Virus record (IMG/VR): IMGVR_UViG_3300005288_000001
Span: 96,001 to 160,000 of that record
Direction: 5' to 3' (one strand)
Length of the DNA stretch: 64,000 nt
Origin: a virus
This document shows, piece after piece, positions 8,723-19,400 of this stretch. Each line of letters begins with the position of its first letter. Position 1 is the stretch's first letter. The translations under genes and the position numbers were made by a program. The notes beneath the pieces were generated by a model, which saw only the letters and a list, made by a program, of their open reading frames with translations, searched no databases and had not been told where the DNA came from.

Positions 8723-10813
8723 TTAACCGCCGTTTTCGCTGAAGGAAACGTCACCGGTACGAGTCGCGATAAAGTTCAAGTTAATGAAGTTGATCGAACG
8801 AGTAGGAGCAACGTAGATGTCACCAACGAAGTTATTCGTGTCAACAACTTGTTGTGTGTTGTTGGTCTTATCGCAAACAACCTTGAAGCCAGTAATACCA
8901 CGGCGTCCTTGGACGTCACGTAGGAACGGCTCAACCATGTTACGGAAGTTAGCTTGCGTAAATTGGTCGTTGAATTCGAACAGTTGGTACTTAGCAGCAG
9001 TAGCGATAGCCTTTTCCAGAACGATGAACAGACGACGAACGTTGATACGGTCGAATGCCGATGGCTTTGCCTGCATAGTCTTGTCACCATACAGAATGGT
9101 TCCGTTAGCAGGGAAAGTAACAACTGGGTTCACACCGCTCTTGTACATCAGGTCGCGGTCGGTTTGGTTCGGGTTGAATGCAAGCTTGACAACTCCCTTG
9201 ATCTGACCACGAGTGAAACCACCTGGAGACCACCATGCGTCGTTCGTGAATTCGGTACGAGCAACCAGACCAGCGATGTCGCCGTTCAGTGGAATCCAAC
9301 GGTACACGTCGTTGTAACGGTCGTATTGGTACTTGTAACCCGAGTCCATGAAAGCGTAAGACGAGCTTACACCAACAGCATTGCGGAATGCAACAGTGTC
9401 TTCTGCAGCAGTTAGCGATGAACCGAAGATAATCGAACCATCATCCTTAGCAGCCGAGAGGAATACAACAGCATCCTTACGTGTCTCAGCGATGTTAATC
9501 AGGTTGATAGCAACTGCAGCAGAAGCGTCACCCGAAACAATCAGCGAAACGTCGTAGGTTTGGTCATCAATGAATGGAGCGTAAGCTTCAATCTTGTCAC
9601 CGTCAGTGATCGCAAAGTCGTCAGCACCACCCGAAAGAGTAGCAACTGCGGAACCTTGAGAGAACGTAACTGGAGCACCCGATGCAACACCCGCAGCCGT
9701 AACTGGGATTGACAGGGAAATAACACCAGCAGCGTTAGCAAGAACCTTCGTACCAGCAGCGATACCAACACCAGTTACCAGCTGTCCAGCTACGACGGTA
9801 GCAAAAGTGTTAGCGATAGTGATAGTAGTCGCGCCCGCAACCGACAGACCAGTGGTAACAGTAGTTGCCACAGCCAGAGATTGGAATTGCGAGAAGTTCA
9901 GTTGAGTTGCGCTTGCAGTAGTCGCTGTAGCAGCTTGGCTCAGAACCAAGGACGTGCCAGAGATCGAGTAAACAAACGTTCCAGCTGGGATGCCTGGGCC
10001 GGTAACAAACATACCTGGGAGAATTGCAGCGTTAGCAGCACCCAGTGTTTGAGCGGCGGACAGGGCAATACCCGAAGCAGCAGTCATTGCGATCAACGGA
10101 GTGATGTTAATGGTTGCGCCCCAGTTCAATTCAGTACCAGCAGCGTTAGTTGGTTGAGCAACAGCCCAAACATACTGTGACGAGTTGTTCAGAACATACG
10201 CCCAGTAAGCATTGGTCAGGTCAGACTTCTTAGCATCGGCCGCCTTGTTCAGGAAGGCATACTTTTCTAGAACGCTACCAGCAACGCCAGTCCAACGGCC
10301 GTCAGCATCGATAACTGCAATGTGCAGTTCGTCAGCGCCTGGAGCACCGTCGAATTGCGAAGCATATTGCCATTCAGCCCATGTTGAAGCGTCGCACATC
10401 GAAACGCGAAGCGAGTTACCGAACGAACCTGGATACTTAGCAGCGAATGTACCGTGCAGAGTAGCAGTGTAAGCGGTTCCAACGCCAGTTTCGTATGCGT
10501 CTTGGTTGTTAATCTTAACGCCAAGACCCTTTGAGGTTGCGTTCAGTTGACCAGCTGTATCAGCGCGGTTAACAAGAAGATTGTTTGCGTATGCTAGAAA
10601 GTTAGCAGCAGAGAAGAAAGACTTCGCGTTAGCGGTGATTGGCTTACCGTAAACTGCTACGAGTTCGTTTTCGGAATCGATAACGATCGGAGACAATACT
10701 GGGCCCCACTGGAACGCGCCTGCGAATGCACCATTGGTTGTTGCAACACCAGGGACAACGGAAGTGTAATCCTTTTCCTGGATTTGTACGCCTGGAGAAA
10801 CGAGAAATGCCAT
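8723..10813 (-). CDS. gp18: Tail sheath protein with inserted decoration domains
   Basis: SPGVQIQEKD, WWSPGGFTRG and FDRINVRRLF motifs. Confidence 0.97.
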   Translation of the reverse strand: MAFLVSPGVQIQEKDYTSVVPGVATTNGAFAGAFQWGPVLSPIVIDSENELVAVYGKPITANAKSFFSAANFLAYANNLLVNRADTAGQLNATSKGLGVKINNQDAYETGVGTAYTATLHGTFAAKYPGSFGNSLRVSMCDASTWAEWQYASQFDGAPGADELHIAVIDADGRWTGVAGSVLEKYAFLNKAADAKKSDLTNAYWAYVLNNSSQYVWAVAQPTNAAGTELNWGATINITPLIAMTAASGIALSAAQTLGAANAAILPGMFVTGPGIPAGTFVYSISGTSLVLSQAATATTASATQLNFSQFQSLAVATTVTTGLSVAGATTITIANTFATVVAGQLVTGVGIAAGTKVLANAAGVISLSIPVTAAGVASGAPVTFSQGSAVATLSGGADDFAITDGDKIEAYAPFIDDQTYDVSLIVSGDASAAVAINLINIAETRKDAVVFLSAAKDDGSIIFGSSLTAAEDTVAFRNAVGVSSSYAFMDSGYKYQYDRYNDVYRWIPLNGDIAGLVARTEFTNDAWWSPGGFTRGQIKGVVKLAFNPNQTDRDLMYKSGVNPVVTFPANGTILYGDKTMQAKPSAFDRINVRRLFIVLEKAIATAAKYQLFEFNDQFTQANFRNMVEPFLRDVQGRRGITGFKVVCDKTNNTQQVVDTNNFVGDIYVAPTRSINFINLNFIATRTGDVSFSENGG

Positions 10814-10860
10814 GGTTTTTATCCTTTATAATTCTGGGCCGCTACAAAAGAGCGACACTT

Positions 10861-10868
10861 TATTTAGT
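10861..10868 (-). promoter_or_regulatory. Late promoter ACTAAATA for 18-19
   Basis: Located in the 17/18 intergenic space. Confidence 0.75.
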
Positions 10869-10885
10869 TTTCTTAGCTCTTCTGG

Positions 10886-12493
10886 TTAGAAGTTAAGTGG
10901 CATATCCTCTTCGCGTCCGTCCATAATGAATCCGAAAGGAGTCATATTGGCTTCAAGAGCTGCCATTTGTTGCTCATAAAGAGCTCTACGAATGTCCACG
11001 TTATTTAGGTCCTTGAAATAATCCTGTGTCGTCAACCAGGCAAATAGAACCATCGTCATAACGACGTCGTCGGTGTAACCATCGTCAGCAGCAAAACTTT
11101 CCTTCTTCTCAATGAAGGTAGAAATCTCACTAATAGCAACAGCATCCCAGAAAAGCAATTTACCTTCTTCAACAAGAGACTTGAAGTTGAAGCAACCGAT
11201 ACGCTTAACCTTCTTATCGGTATTCACACCCATAGCAAGAGCTCCGCCGGCAAAGCCTTGAGAGATTTCCTGACCACGCTGGGTGCGCTTAACAGTCATC
11301 ATATTTTCGTATTCAAGCTCATAGTGAAGAATGTGAGCTACCTGTTCGGACGAGTTCACTTCACACAGGACGTATGCCTTGTTGTATTCAGTGGCCACTC
11401 GGTGGATCATGGTTGGAAGCATCATTGGCGGCATACTGTTCGAACGGAAGCGGGCAACCATTCGATAAGGAACCTTGGTAATGTCCATCACACAGAACGC
11501 CGAATAGTCAGCGCCAAGACCCTTTGACACGTCAACGACCATACAGTAAACCGCATCGGCAACTCCATCACCATCATTCTTAATTGGGTTCTCGAAGATA
11601 TCGAGGCCGTCCTTTGAGAAGATAGGAGTCTTTGCTGACAGCTTACCAATCGTGTTTGAGTCGATAAGCGTCGCGCTAGAACCTAGCCAGTGGCACAGAA
11701 CTTCCTGGTTGAACTTGAGTTGACCCAGCTGCATCAGCTGTTCCTTCGCCCACTCTTCTGTACGATCTGGATGTTCCTTGTAGTGAGCTTCTACGCGAAC
11801 GTATTTGTTGCGACCTTCTTCGGAGTCATTCCAGAACTTCCAGAAGTGGTTAAAACCAAGTGGAGTTGAAGTTTGAATAATCTTCGAGTTCTTACCAGAT
11901 GAAATCGTTGGATACGTAGCAGCAAAGAACGAGTCAGCAACACCATTTTCAATAATAGCTGCTTCGTCGATGTACAGCATCGAAATAGACTTACCACGTG
12001 GTCCGGAAGCAGTAGTAGCACCGGTGTAAATCTTGGAGCCGTTTTCTAGTTCGATGTTACCCTTGTTCCAGGTCTTGATACCTTGCTGGAGCCAAGTTGG
12101 TAGATACTCGTAGGCAAACTGCACACGAGACAATACTTCACGAGCAGCCGCAGCCTTGTTGGCCAAAATACAAATTTCTTTCGAATCATTGAAGATGGCA
12201 TAGTGAATCAGGTAACAGGCAACGGTAATGGTCTTACCCATCTGACGGCCAATCTTACCGAGCACAAAACGGTTGTTGTGAATGGCTTCGACCAGACGTT
12301 CCTGATACGGATGCATGTCGAAAGGAACCGCACCACGGTCAAGCGAAACGATTGTGCAGTACGTCTTCATGAAGTAGATTGGATCTTGCTTACACTTGAT
12401 GTACTCCGACATTTGCTCGGCAGTGAATTGAATAGGAATACCAACTGGTTTAAGGTTGGCGTTCCCGTTATAGAACAGCTTAATTTTTGCCAT
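10886..12493 (-). CDS. gp17: Terminase large subunit
   Basis: Walker A GRQMGKT, Walker B LYIDEAA and nuclease VDVSKG/DYS/DDVV motifs; uninterrupted. Confidence 0.98.
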   Translation of the reverse strand: MAKIKLFYNGNANLKPVGIPIQFTAEQMSEYIKCKQDPIYFMKTYCTIVSLDRGAVPFDMHPYQERLVEAIHNNRFVLGKIGRQMGKTITVACYLIHYAIFNDSKEICILANKAAAAREVLSRVQFAYEYLPTWLQQGIKTWNKGNIELENGSKIYTGATTASGPRGKSISMLYIDEAAIIENGVADSFFAATYPTISSGKNSKIIQTSTPLGFNHFWKFWNDSEEGRNKYVRVEAHYKEHPDRTEEWAKEQLMQLGQLKFNQEVLCHWLGSSATLIDSNTIGKLSAKTPIFSKDGLDIFENPIKNDGDGVADAVYCMVVDVSKGLGADYSAFCVMDITKVPYRMVARFRSNSMPPMMLPTMIHRVATEYNKAYVLCEVNSSEQVAHILHYELEYENMMTVKRTQRGQEISQGFAGGALAMGVNTDKKVKRIGCFNFKSLVEEGKLLFWDAVAISEISTFIEKKESFAADDGYTDDVVMTMVLFAWLTTQDYFKDLNNVDIRRALYEQQMAALEANMTPFGFIMDGREEDMPLNF

Positions 12494-13224
12494 TAGAAGT
12501 CATAGAGCCATTGCTCTGTAATTGGTTCGGTCGGAATCGTACCATCAGCCTTATAAGTGCCGAAGCCATCATGAACATTGACCGTAACATGTTTGATGAT
12601 CTTTCCGTTGGTAACTGGCCCGTAGAAGTTCGTCTTCATCGTGAAATTCAGAGTATGAATGACGACGCGTTGGTTCTTTTCATAGGACCCGTCGTAATTG
12701 TCTTCTGCCGGAACGGCACTGTTGAGAACAACTGGAACGGATTGAACGATATTCAGCTCGGGTACAATAGATAGGCTGAGGGAATAGGCAGGACCGAAGT
12801 ATGGTAGAATCTGCTCCAAAATCTGAAGCGCGTCCTCTTGGCCCTTGGTAACGATGTAAAGACTGATACCGATGTTCCATGGCACAGGTGCGAAGACTTG
12901 CTTGCGGCCAGGATCAGTTGGTGTTGGACTGTTACAGATGATTGTATTGGTTGAATTCATCTTACGACTTTCGTCATAAGTGTATCCTGTAATCTCGAAG
13001 GCCATACGCGGCAACGAAACCTTAACGTGTTTGTCCAGACTTGGGTCCGAATCAACACGACGCAGCAACTTATCCTTGTTTGAATATGCGATAGGAACTG
13101 CGATGGTTTGTTCGACCGAGCCATCAAGGGCTTGTCGTTGCACAACTACATCACTGAATAGTCGCGCGAAGGCGATAATAGTGTTCTTGGTTGTGCTGTG
13201 GTAGAAAGGGTTTCCAGCAAACAT
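12493..13224 (-). CDS. gp15: Tail sheath stabilizer / terminator
   Basis: VPIAYS, LPRMAFEI and QILEQILPYF motifs. Confidence 0.95.
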   Translation of the reverse strand: MFAGNPFYHSTTKNTIIAFARLFSDVVVQRQALDGSVEQTIAVPIAYSNKDKLLRRVDSDPSLDKHVKVSLPRMAFEITGYTYDESRKMNSTNTIICNSPTPTDPGRKQVFAPVPWNIGISLYIVTKGQEDALQILEQILPYFGPAYSLSLSIVPELNIVQSVPVVLNSAVPAEDNYDGSYEKNQRVVIHTLNFTMKTNFYGPVTNGKIIKHVTVNVHDGFGTYKADGTIPTEPITEQWLYDF

Positions 13225-13877
13225 TAAGGAAGATCTCCGAATGGATTGTCAGTCGGGAAGCCAACGTTGGGCCACTCGTCACGAGCTTTTTCATTATCGC
13301 CGTATGAATCAGGGACGTCGATATTAGGTTGTTTCGTAGTGTCAAAGGTTCGCATAGATTCGAACACGTCGATTTCAGGCTTACCTGTTTCGATACGTTC
13401 CGACGAGTACGTGTATGTTTCGACCGTAAGAGTGTACGTGTATAGCTTTGCCAATTGGTAAAACTGTTCTTGGTGCTTGACGAATGTGACAACGAATAGG
13501 CCACCAGTCAGTGGGAAGTAAATCAGATCACCTTCGGCCGGACGGTTGGGAAGTTGATTGCCGGGAAAACGACCAATCAGTTGGTCCCAACGGCGACGGG
13601 CAACGGTCAGGTATGCGCTCTGGTCCATCGTGTGGCCGAACGTCTTGACGAATGCACCCTGGCCATCGAAGCCCATTGGAGTCTCAAGATACATTTCAAT
13701 TGAATATGCATCCTTGAACTTTGAGAGACGGTCTTCTCCTAGAAACTCATCCTTGGCAACTAGCACGCGAGGGATGTAATAGAAGTTTTGTCCCTTTGCC
13801 TGGATGGCTTCAATGATAAGGTCTTCCAGAAGACCCTGCTCATTCGTAGAACCAACATTGAAATAAGGATTGATCAT
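13224..13877 (-). CDS. gp14: Neck protein
   Basis: YYIPR, GED..SKF and RPAEGDLIYFP motifs. Confidence 0.95.
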   Translation of the reverse strand: MINPYFNVGSTNEQGLLEDLIIEAIQAKGQNFYYIPRVLVAKDEFLGEDRLSKFKDAYSIEMYLETPMGFDGQGAFVKTFGHTMDQSAYLTVARRRWDQLIGRFPGNQLPNRPAEGDLIYFPLTGGLFVVTFVKHQEQFYQLAKLYTYTLTVETYTYSSERIETGKPEIDVFESMRTFDTTKQPNIDVPDSYGDNEKARDEWPNVGFPTDNPFGDLP

Positions 13878-13878
13878 G

Positions 13879-14829
13879 TTATCCCATGAAGAACGATAGT
13901 GGCGCCGACTTGGTTAGCAGGTCAGTTTCGAGAGCCTTGATATCCAACATAGCTTCTTGGAAGATGGTGTTGCCGTCAACCTTGATACCACCTGGAAGAG
14001 TCATACCACTATACTTCTTCAGGTTAATTCCCCACTGGCGCTTGATTAGGGCAGTTGTATATTGGCGAACCCAAGGTTCAGTCCAAACCTTGCTGAAGGC
14101 TTGAGGATCGATAGCACGGTATCCTTCAACGACAATAACCTGTCCGGTTGAGAGCTTCCCGCGCCAGTTCACATCAAGACGCAGCTGTCCCATCATACGG
14201 TTGAACTCGAAATCTGGAGCTGCATTCAACGTGAAGTTGAGCAAGTCCAGATGGCTCATGGCCATTGTGTAGTATGTAAGGTCCGTAGACGTCAGATTGC
14301 GGATATCATTCAGCATCAATTGGTATTGGACGTCAAAGATATATGCACTAGAACTTGTAGGTTGGGTGAAAGGAATAACACGAGTCACACCGAAAACCGC
14401 GTCTGGAATACGAATCCAGTGGTTTTCTGTATCGCCGGCAGTATAGAAAATTCCAGAGCTGAGAGTTGCTACGTTGCCAGCAGCATCAGTAATGTTTTCG
14501 CCTGCCAGGAATTCACCTACAACGTTACGGATATTGAGAACTGTTGGATCAATAGATGGTTGTGTCTTAGCCTTGGCGCCCGATGTGGTTCCAACAATAT
14601 CAATCTCGTTAGGGAAGGCAGTTGCATTATTCGTCGTAATGTTCAGCTGCGAGCAGGTAATCTTGTGCTGCAGATAAATCTTCTCGGCACCTTCATAGTG
14701 GTAGAGGTTGAAATACGACAGGGCTTCGTCGATACGATCCTGCAGTTGTTCTTCGGCAACGTTGATTTCAACCACGGGTGCGCCAAGAGCGCGAAGGCAA
14801 TACTGCTTTAGATGTTCTCTTGTCGACAT
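13879..14829 (-). CDS. gp13: Neck protein
   Basis: YCLRALGAPVVEINV and QWGINLKKYSGMTLPGG motifs. Confidence 0.95.
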   Translation of the reverse strand: MSTREHLKQYCLRALGAPVVEINVAEEQLQDRIDEALSYFNLYHYEGAEKIYLQHKITCSQLNITTNNATAFPNEIDIVGTTSGAKAKTQPSIDPTVLNIRNVVGEFLAGENITDAAGNVATLSSGIFYTAGDTENHWIRIPDAVFGVTRVIPFTQPTSSSAYIFDVQYQLMLNDIRNLTSTDLTYYTMAMSHLDLLNFTLNAAPDFEFNRMMGQLRLDVNWRGKLSTGQVIVVEGYRAIDPQAFSKVWTEPWVRQYTTALIKRQWGINLKKYSGMTLPGGIKVDGNTIFQEAMLDIKALETDLLTKSAPLSFFMG

Positions 14830-16400
14830 TACTTCACCACAATTCTTTTAATTTTATCCTTCAAGGTCACAAACGATTTCGAGACCTTGTCCATAACAAC
14901 GTTCTTAGATTCAGGGATAGCACCCGGAATATTAGCAACAGATTTGTTCATTTGTTCCGATACAGTATTGGTATTCTTACGCAAGACGACACGAACATTG
15001 TAACGCTTAGTGATCCGTTGAACGAACGAGAGGACGTTGGTTATCACGTTCGCATCTAGCGCCACATAGAAGAGGCGGCTGAGTCTACTATTTAGGGTCT
15101 TCGTCGCCTTAAAGACTTTTGATACGAGTCTACTCTTGGTTGCAGTAGCATGGATCGAAGTCATGAATACTTTCGCGCGCAACGAATTACGCACGGCGGT
15201 AATCAGTGTAGACTTAGAAATCAGCACCCCAACCATACGAATCATCTTCGGTGACAGACCAAGGTTTGCCTTGAGTGACTTGAAGAATCCCTTTGTAACT
15301 AAAGTATTAGCTAGGAGGCTTTTTGAAATGGTTTTGCCAACACGACGAATCAAGATAACGTTGGTGGCCACGGCCTTAGTAATCTTCTTACCAATCAGAC
15401 GTGACATCAGATTAGAAACCTGAAGGGTCTTGCTGATTCGTTTGAAGACTAGACGTTGACGAAGCGCAAAGGCGTTCACAGTTGTAGTGTGGAACGATAG
15501 CAGCTTACGCGAAAGAGCGGACGTTTCGTTGACAACGAGGCTTCCGGACAAGACAAGAAGCATACGACGAAGTGGCGTTGCAGTTCCCGTAGCGACCAGG
15601 CTCTTGTTGATGATATGGAATACTCTACGGATACGCGTCGTCACAGCCGTGAGACTAACAGATCGAATCTTGTAGATTCGACGAAGCATACTCGATGACG
15701 ATGAGACATTCGCCATAAGCATCATCGCCTTCAGGCTTGCGTACGAGTATGAGGCAAAGGTTGTAAGACCAGCACTTAGAGACTTGGTCAGTGTACGAAA
15801 CGCGGTGCCCACCAACGAATTAGATGTGGTATGATTGCTTCCGACACGACGGATACGAGTGGCCGAAACCAATTTGACCACGTTGATGATCTGAGTCGTT
15901 GAGCGAATACGGGTTGCGTTGATTAGCTTGGCTACGCTTAGATTCTTAGTGAGATTGCGAATTTGAGTTGCGCTAATAACTTTCGCGACGCTACGAATCT
16001 TATACACTGCGCGAGCGCGTGTAGCAGTTGCCAGCTTGGATGTGCTGAAATTCTTACCAATCACCGGAGTACGAGTGGCCGATATTACCTTGCTCAGACT
16101 GATAATCTGTGTCGTAGAACGAATTCGTGAAGGTGTTATCACCTTCGATAGATTGAAAATCTGGGTGACCGAACGATTACGTGTTGCGGTGATTGCCTTC
16201 GTTGCTGTTTCAATCTTCGATACACTATTGAGACGAGACTTGAGTGTTGTAAGAGATGCCAGGAAACTCTTCAAGATGGAACGTGAACGGCTAGCAGCCA
16301 CAGAACTGCTAGCGGTCAGAGTCATCGTGGTTGAGTTTGATCCTGCCGCGCGCAACTCCGCGGATATAGGCTGCGCACCGAGAATCAATCTTCCGTACAT
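14829..16400 (-). CDS. Very basic protein with degenerate 18-aa repeats at the fibritin (wac) position; putative fibre/whisker component
   Basis: 523-aa ORF coupled on both sides; repeats such as KVITPSRIRSTTQIISLS and KLINATRIRSTTQIINVV; very few acidic residues. Confidence 0.7.
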   Translation of the reverse strand: MYGRLILGAQPISAELRAAGSNSTTMTLTASSSVAASRSRSILKSFLASLTTLKSRLNSVSKIETATKAITATRNRSVTQIFNLSKVITPSRIRSTTQIISLSKVISATRTPVIGKNFSTSKLATATRARAVYKIRSVAKVISATQIRNLTKNLSVAKLINATRIRSTTQIINVVKLVSATRIRRVGSNHTTSNSLVGTAFRTLTKSLSAGLTTFASYSYASLKAMMLMANVSSSSSMLRRIYKIRSVSLTAVTTRIRRVFHIINKSLVATGTATPLRRMLLVLSGSLVVNETSALSRKLLSFHTTTVNAFALRQRLVFKRISKTLQVSNLMSRLIGKKITKAVATNVILIRRVGKTISKSLLANTLVTKGFFKSLKANLGLSPKMIRMVGVLISKSTLITAVRNSLRAKVFMTSIHATATKSRLVSKVFKATKTLNSRLSRLFYVALDANVITNVLSFVQRITKRYNVRVVLRKNTNTVSEQMNKSVANIPGAIPESKNVVMDKVSKSFVTLKDKIKRIVVK

Positions 16401-16401
16401 A

Positions 16402-19400
16402 TTACGTCAGTCGTTCGACTGTGAAGAATATTTGGTAGCGAGCGGTTCCAATAGTTCCCGTTACAGTTGTTGTGTACTGAGCAGTACCAATTGCCATACG
16501 AGCAATAATAGAACCTTGCGTGTAGTTCGCTGCCGCCATAGAGATAGAAGGAATGACCACGCTTCGTAGTTGACCAGCGGCATCATTGAAGAAGATAGTC
16601 GACGCCACCGTTGCCGTGCCGCTGGATACTTCCGTTGCCAGATAGTAGGTGATACGATAATCGCCTTCAGCCCATGCCGTGAACAAGTTCGTAGCACCGA
16701 TAGAAGTAGATTGGGTCTTCAGAGCCTTCTTAGCCTTGATTGCTGGAATGCACGAAATCAGGTTATCAATAGTCGTTGGCCATACAGCGTTGTTCGTTTC
16801 AACCACACCATGGACCAGATTAGGACGCGCGCCTGAACCCGGAGTCGAGATATTTGCCCAGCTGGTGAACAAAGCTCCAGTATCAACACCGTAGAATGCA
16901 TTACTTGCTGGCCATACGTTGTTGATCGTATAGTCAAGAGCCACACATGTCGCGCTGCCGTTACCGCCAAAGAAGTGAACGTTATGGAACTGGTTACTAT
17001 CACAAGATGCTAGATAGATACCATAGACCACGTTTGAGCCAGTCGCAAAGGTAACAACCACGTTCGTGAAGTGGCAGTAGTCCGTGTTGCTGTTGAGCAA
17101 TCCTGTGCAGTGGATACCGATAGCACCAGTAACGTTTGGCACTTCGATGCTGATATTGTCGAAACGATTATGCAGACTGTCTACGTTATCCACACCAGAC
17201 ACAGTGTTAGCAACTGTGGTTGACAGGATAGAATACTTGCATCCCTTGAAGGACAGGTCTTGGCAAGAACCGAAAGCAGCTGACACCACATGCAAACCAG
17301 CAGAGGCAACACCACTTCCTTCAAATTCGATACGGTCAACACCCCATCCAACGAGTGGACCGGCAAGCTTGATCATAACCAAGACAGAAGCGCTCGCCCA
17401 TACCAGCTTCGTAGTGGCAGTTGTAGCCATACCAGCCAGTGCGTATTGCGGACGTGGAACACCTTCACCAACCAAACGAACGCCACGAATGGTAGACGCG
17501 GCCGAGCTGGTTCCATCACCGATCGTAATGCTGGTCGATAGACGATACGTTCCCTTAGGAAGATAAACTTCACCACCAGATGTACCAAGATAGTTGATGG
17601 CAGCCTGGATAGCGCAACCGTCAATTTCTTCAGTCAGGGCAGCAGCGAATGGATATACCACTTGAGCCGCAGCCAGGGTAGCATATTGCGCTGATAGTGG
17701 GTGAGTCGTCCCATCACCGTAGGCACCAAAGTCCTTAACGTTGATACGATTATTCAGGTCGTTAATGTAACGTGAACTGTTAGACTTCTGTACCTTGACC
17801 CCAGTGTGACCTGACGAATCAATCTGATAGAACGTGTTCGATGATGGGCGACCACCTGAATCTTGCTCGTTTACAGCGTGACGCATCTTTCCGTTACCGG
17901 CCCAAGACTGTAGATTCGACACCTTGTTGTTAACGGTTCCCGAACCATAGAACAGAACCGCAGCGCCTTCTGTTTCGTCTAGCGAGTTTGGATTGGTGAT
18001 CGAAAGACCATCTACAGTGTTGAACTGGCAGTTGTCGGCAATAGCAAATCCAGACTTAGCGGGCGAATTGATCTGCCCACCAATTATCTTGTTGAAGTTA
18101 GAAAATGTACCAAGGCTCAGACCTGATACATTATTGTCGCCCCAGATAGACATACCAAAGTCTGTAGATGCCCAAGTGGCATTACCTGTCCAGAAGATAG
18201 ATGGATTGACAATATCGCAGTTGTTGCAATTCAGCAGATTGATACCTTCCAGCTTGGTGTCCCAAGTGCGGTGGTTAATAATCTTACCACGACCCACATT
18301 GTACATCTGTGCACCCATCTGTGTACAGTTAAATGTCGTACAATCGATGATAGCATGGTCGCTTCCGCTAACGTTTTGGATACCGTGCGAAGTGTATACA
18401 TTAGACACGACACAGTTACGTGTGTGGATATTGCTGCCACCCGAATGATAGATGCCGATCTGTTGAGCTTCGTTTACTGTGATTCGTTCGAAATCGCATT
18501 GGCTAGAAGCTGATGTGTTGATACCGAAGGCTGCAGATGCTGAGATCAGAATATCCGATGCCTTAATCTGAGCACTTGAATCTACGAAGATACAACTCGC
18601 AGCTGTGAAAGTAGCACGTTCAGCGTACAGCTGGAAGTTGCTCAAATTCACATTGGTCTTGCTGCTAATCAAGAACCACTTGTTGCCTGTAATCGTTGAT
18701 CCAAACGGAATGAAAACGGTATTCATTCCCGACCCACGGAAGTTCATATTCGAACCAAATGTAATCTGGTCCGTATAGTAAAGTCCGCCTGGTACAAAGA
18801 TGCCACCACGCCCATAAGTCGCCATCGCATTGATAGCGTCTTGAATGTTGGTCTGTAGATTCGATGTTTCAGTCTGAGCTGAAATTGTAGAATGCTTAGC
18901 AGGTGGAATAAAACGGAACAAGGAAACTTCATCACCGTTCGCCATATCAGACAGCGTCTTAACATACGCTGGTGCGACTGGGTCCGCGTGGGGAACCATT
19001 GTCGACGTGATACCAGCAACCGTTCCGGTGAATGTTGGTGAAGCTAGAGTAGCATAACCTTGCGCCTTGACGTAAGCGGTCGTGGCAATTTGAGTCGTGT
19101 TGGTACCAGTGGATGCTGTTGGAGCTGTTGGAGTACCAGTCAGGGCAGGGGATGCTAGAGTAGCATAAGCCTGTGCCTTGACATATGCAGTGGTCGCAAT
19201 CTGAGTCGTGTTGGTACCAGTGGATGCTGTTGGAGCTAGTGGCGTACCAGTTAGAGATGGAGATGCAAGTGGCGCATAAGCCTGTCCAATAACAAACGCA
19301 GTTGTGGCGATTTGTGTGGTGTTGGTGTTGGCAGCTGCGGTTGTTGAAGTTGGTGTGCCAGTAAGAGCGGGCGATGCAAGAGTTGCATACGCTTGAGCCT

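Noticed and set aside
10845-10856. 12-mer CAAAAGAGCGAC also present inverted at 53304-53315
   Set aside because: Opposite orientation relative to transcription and only two copies; compatible with chance, and each copy is explained by a local hairpin.
10886-12493. Intron, intein or homing endonuclease in terminase or other core genes
   Set aside because: The core genes are continuous and of normal length; no HNH, GIY-YIG or LAGLIDADG ORF was recognised.
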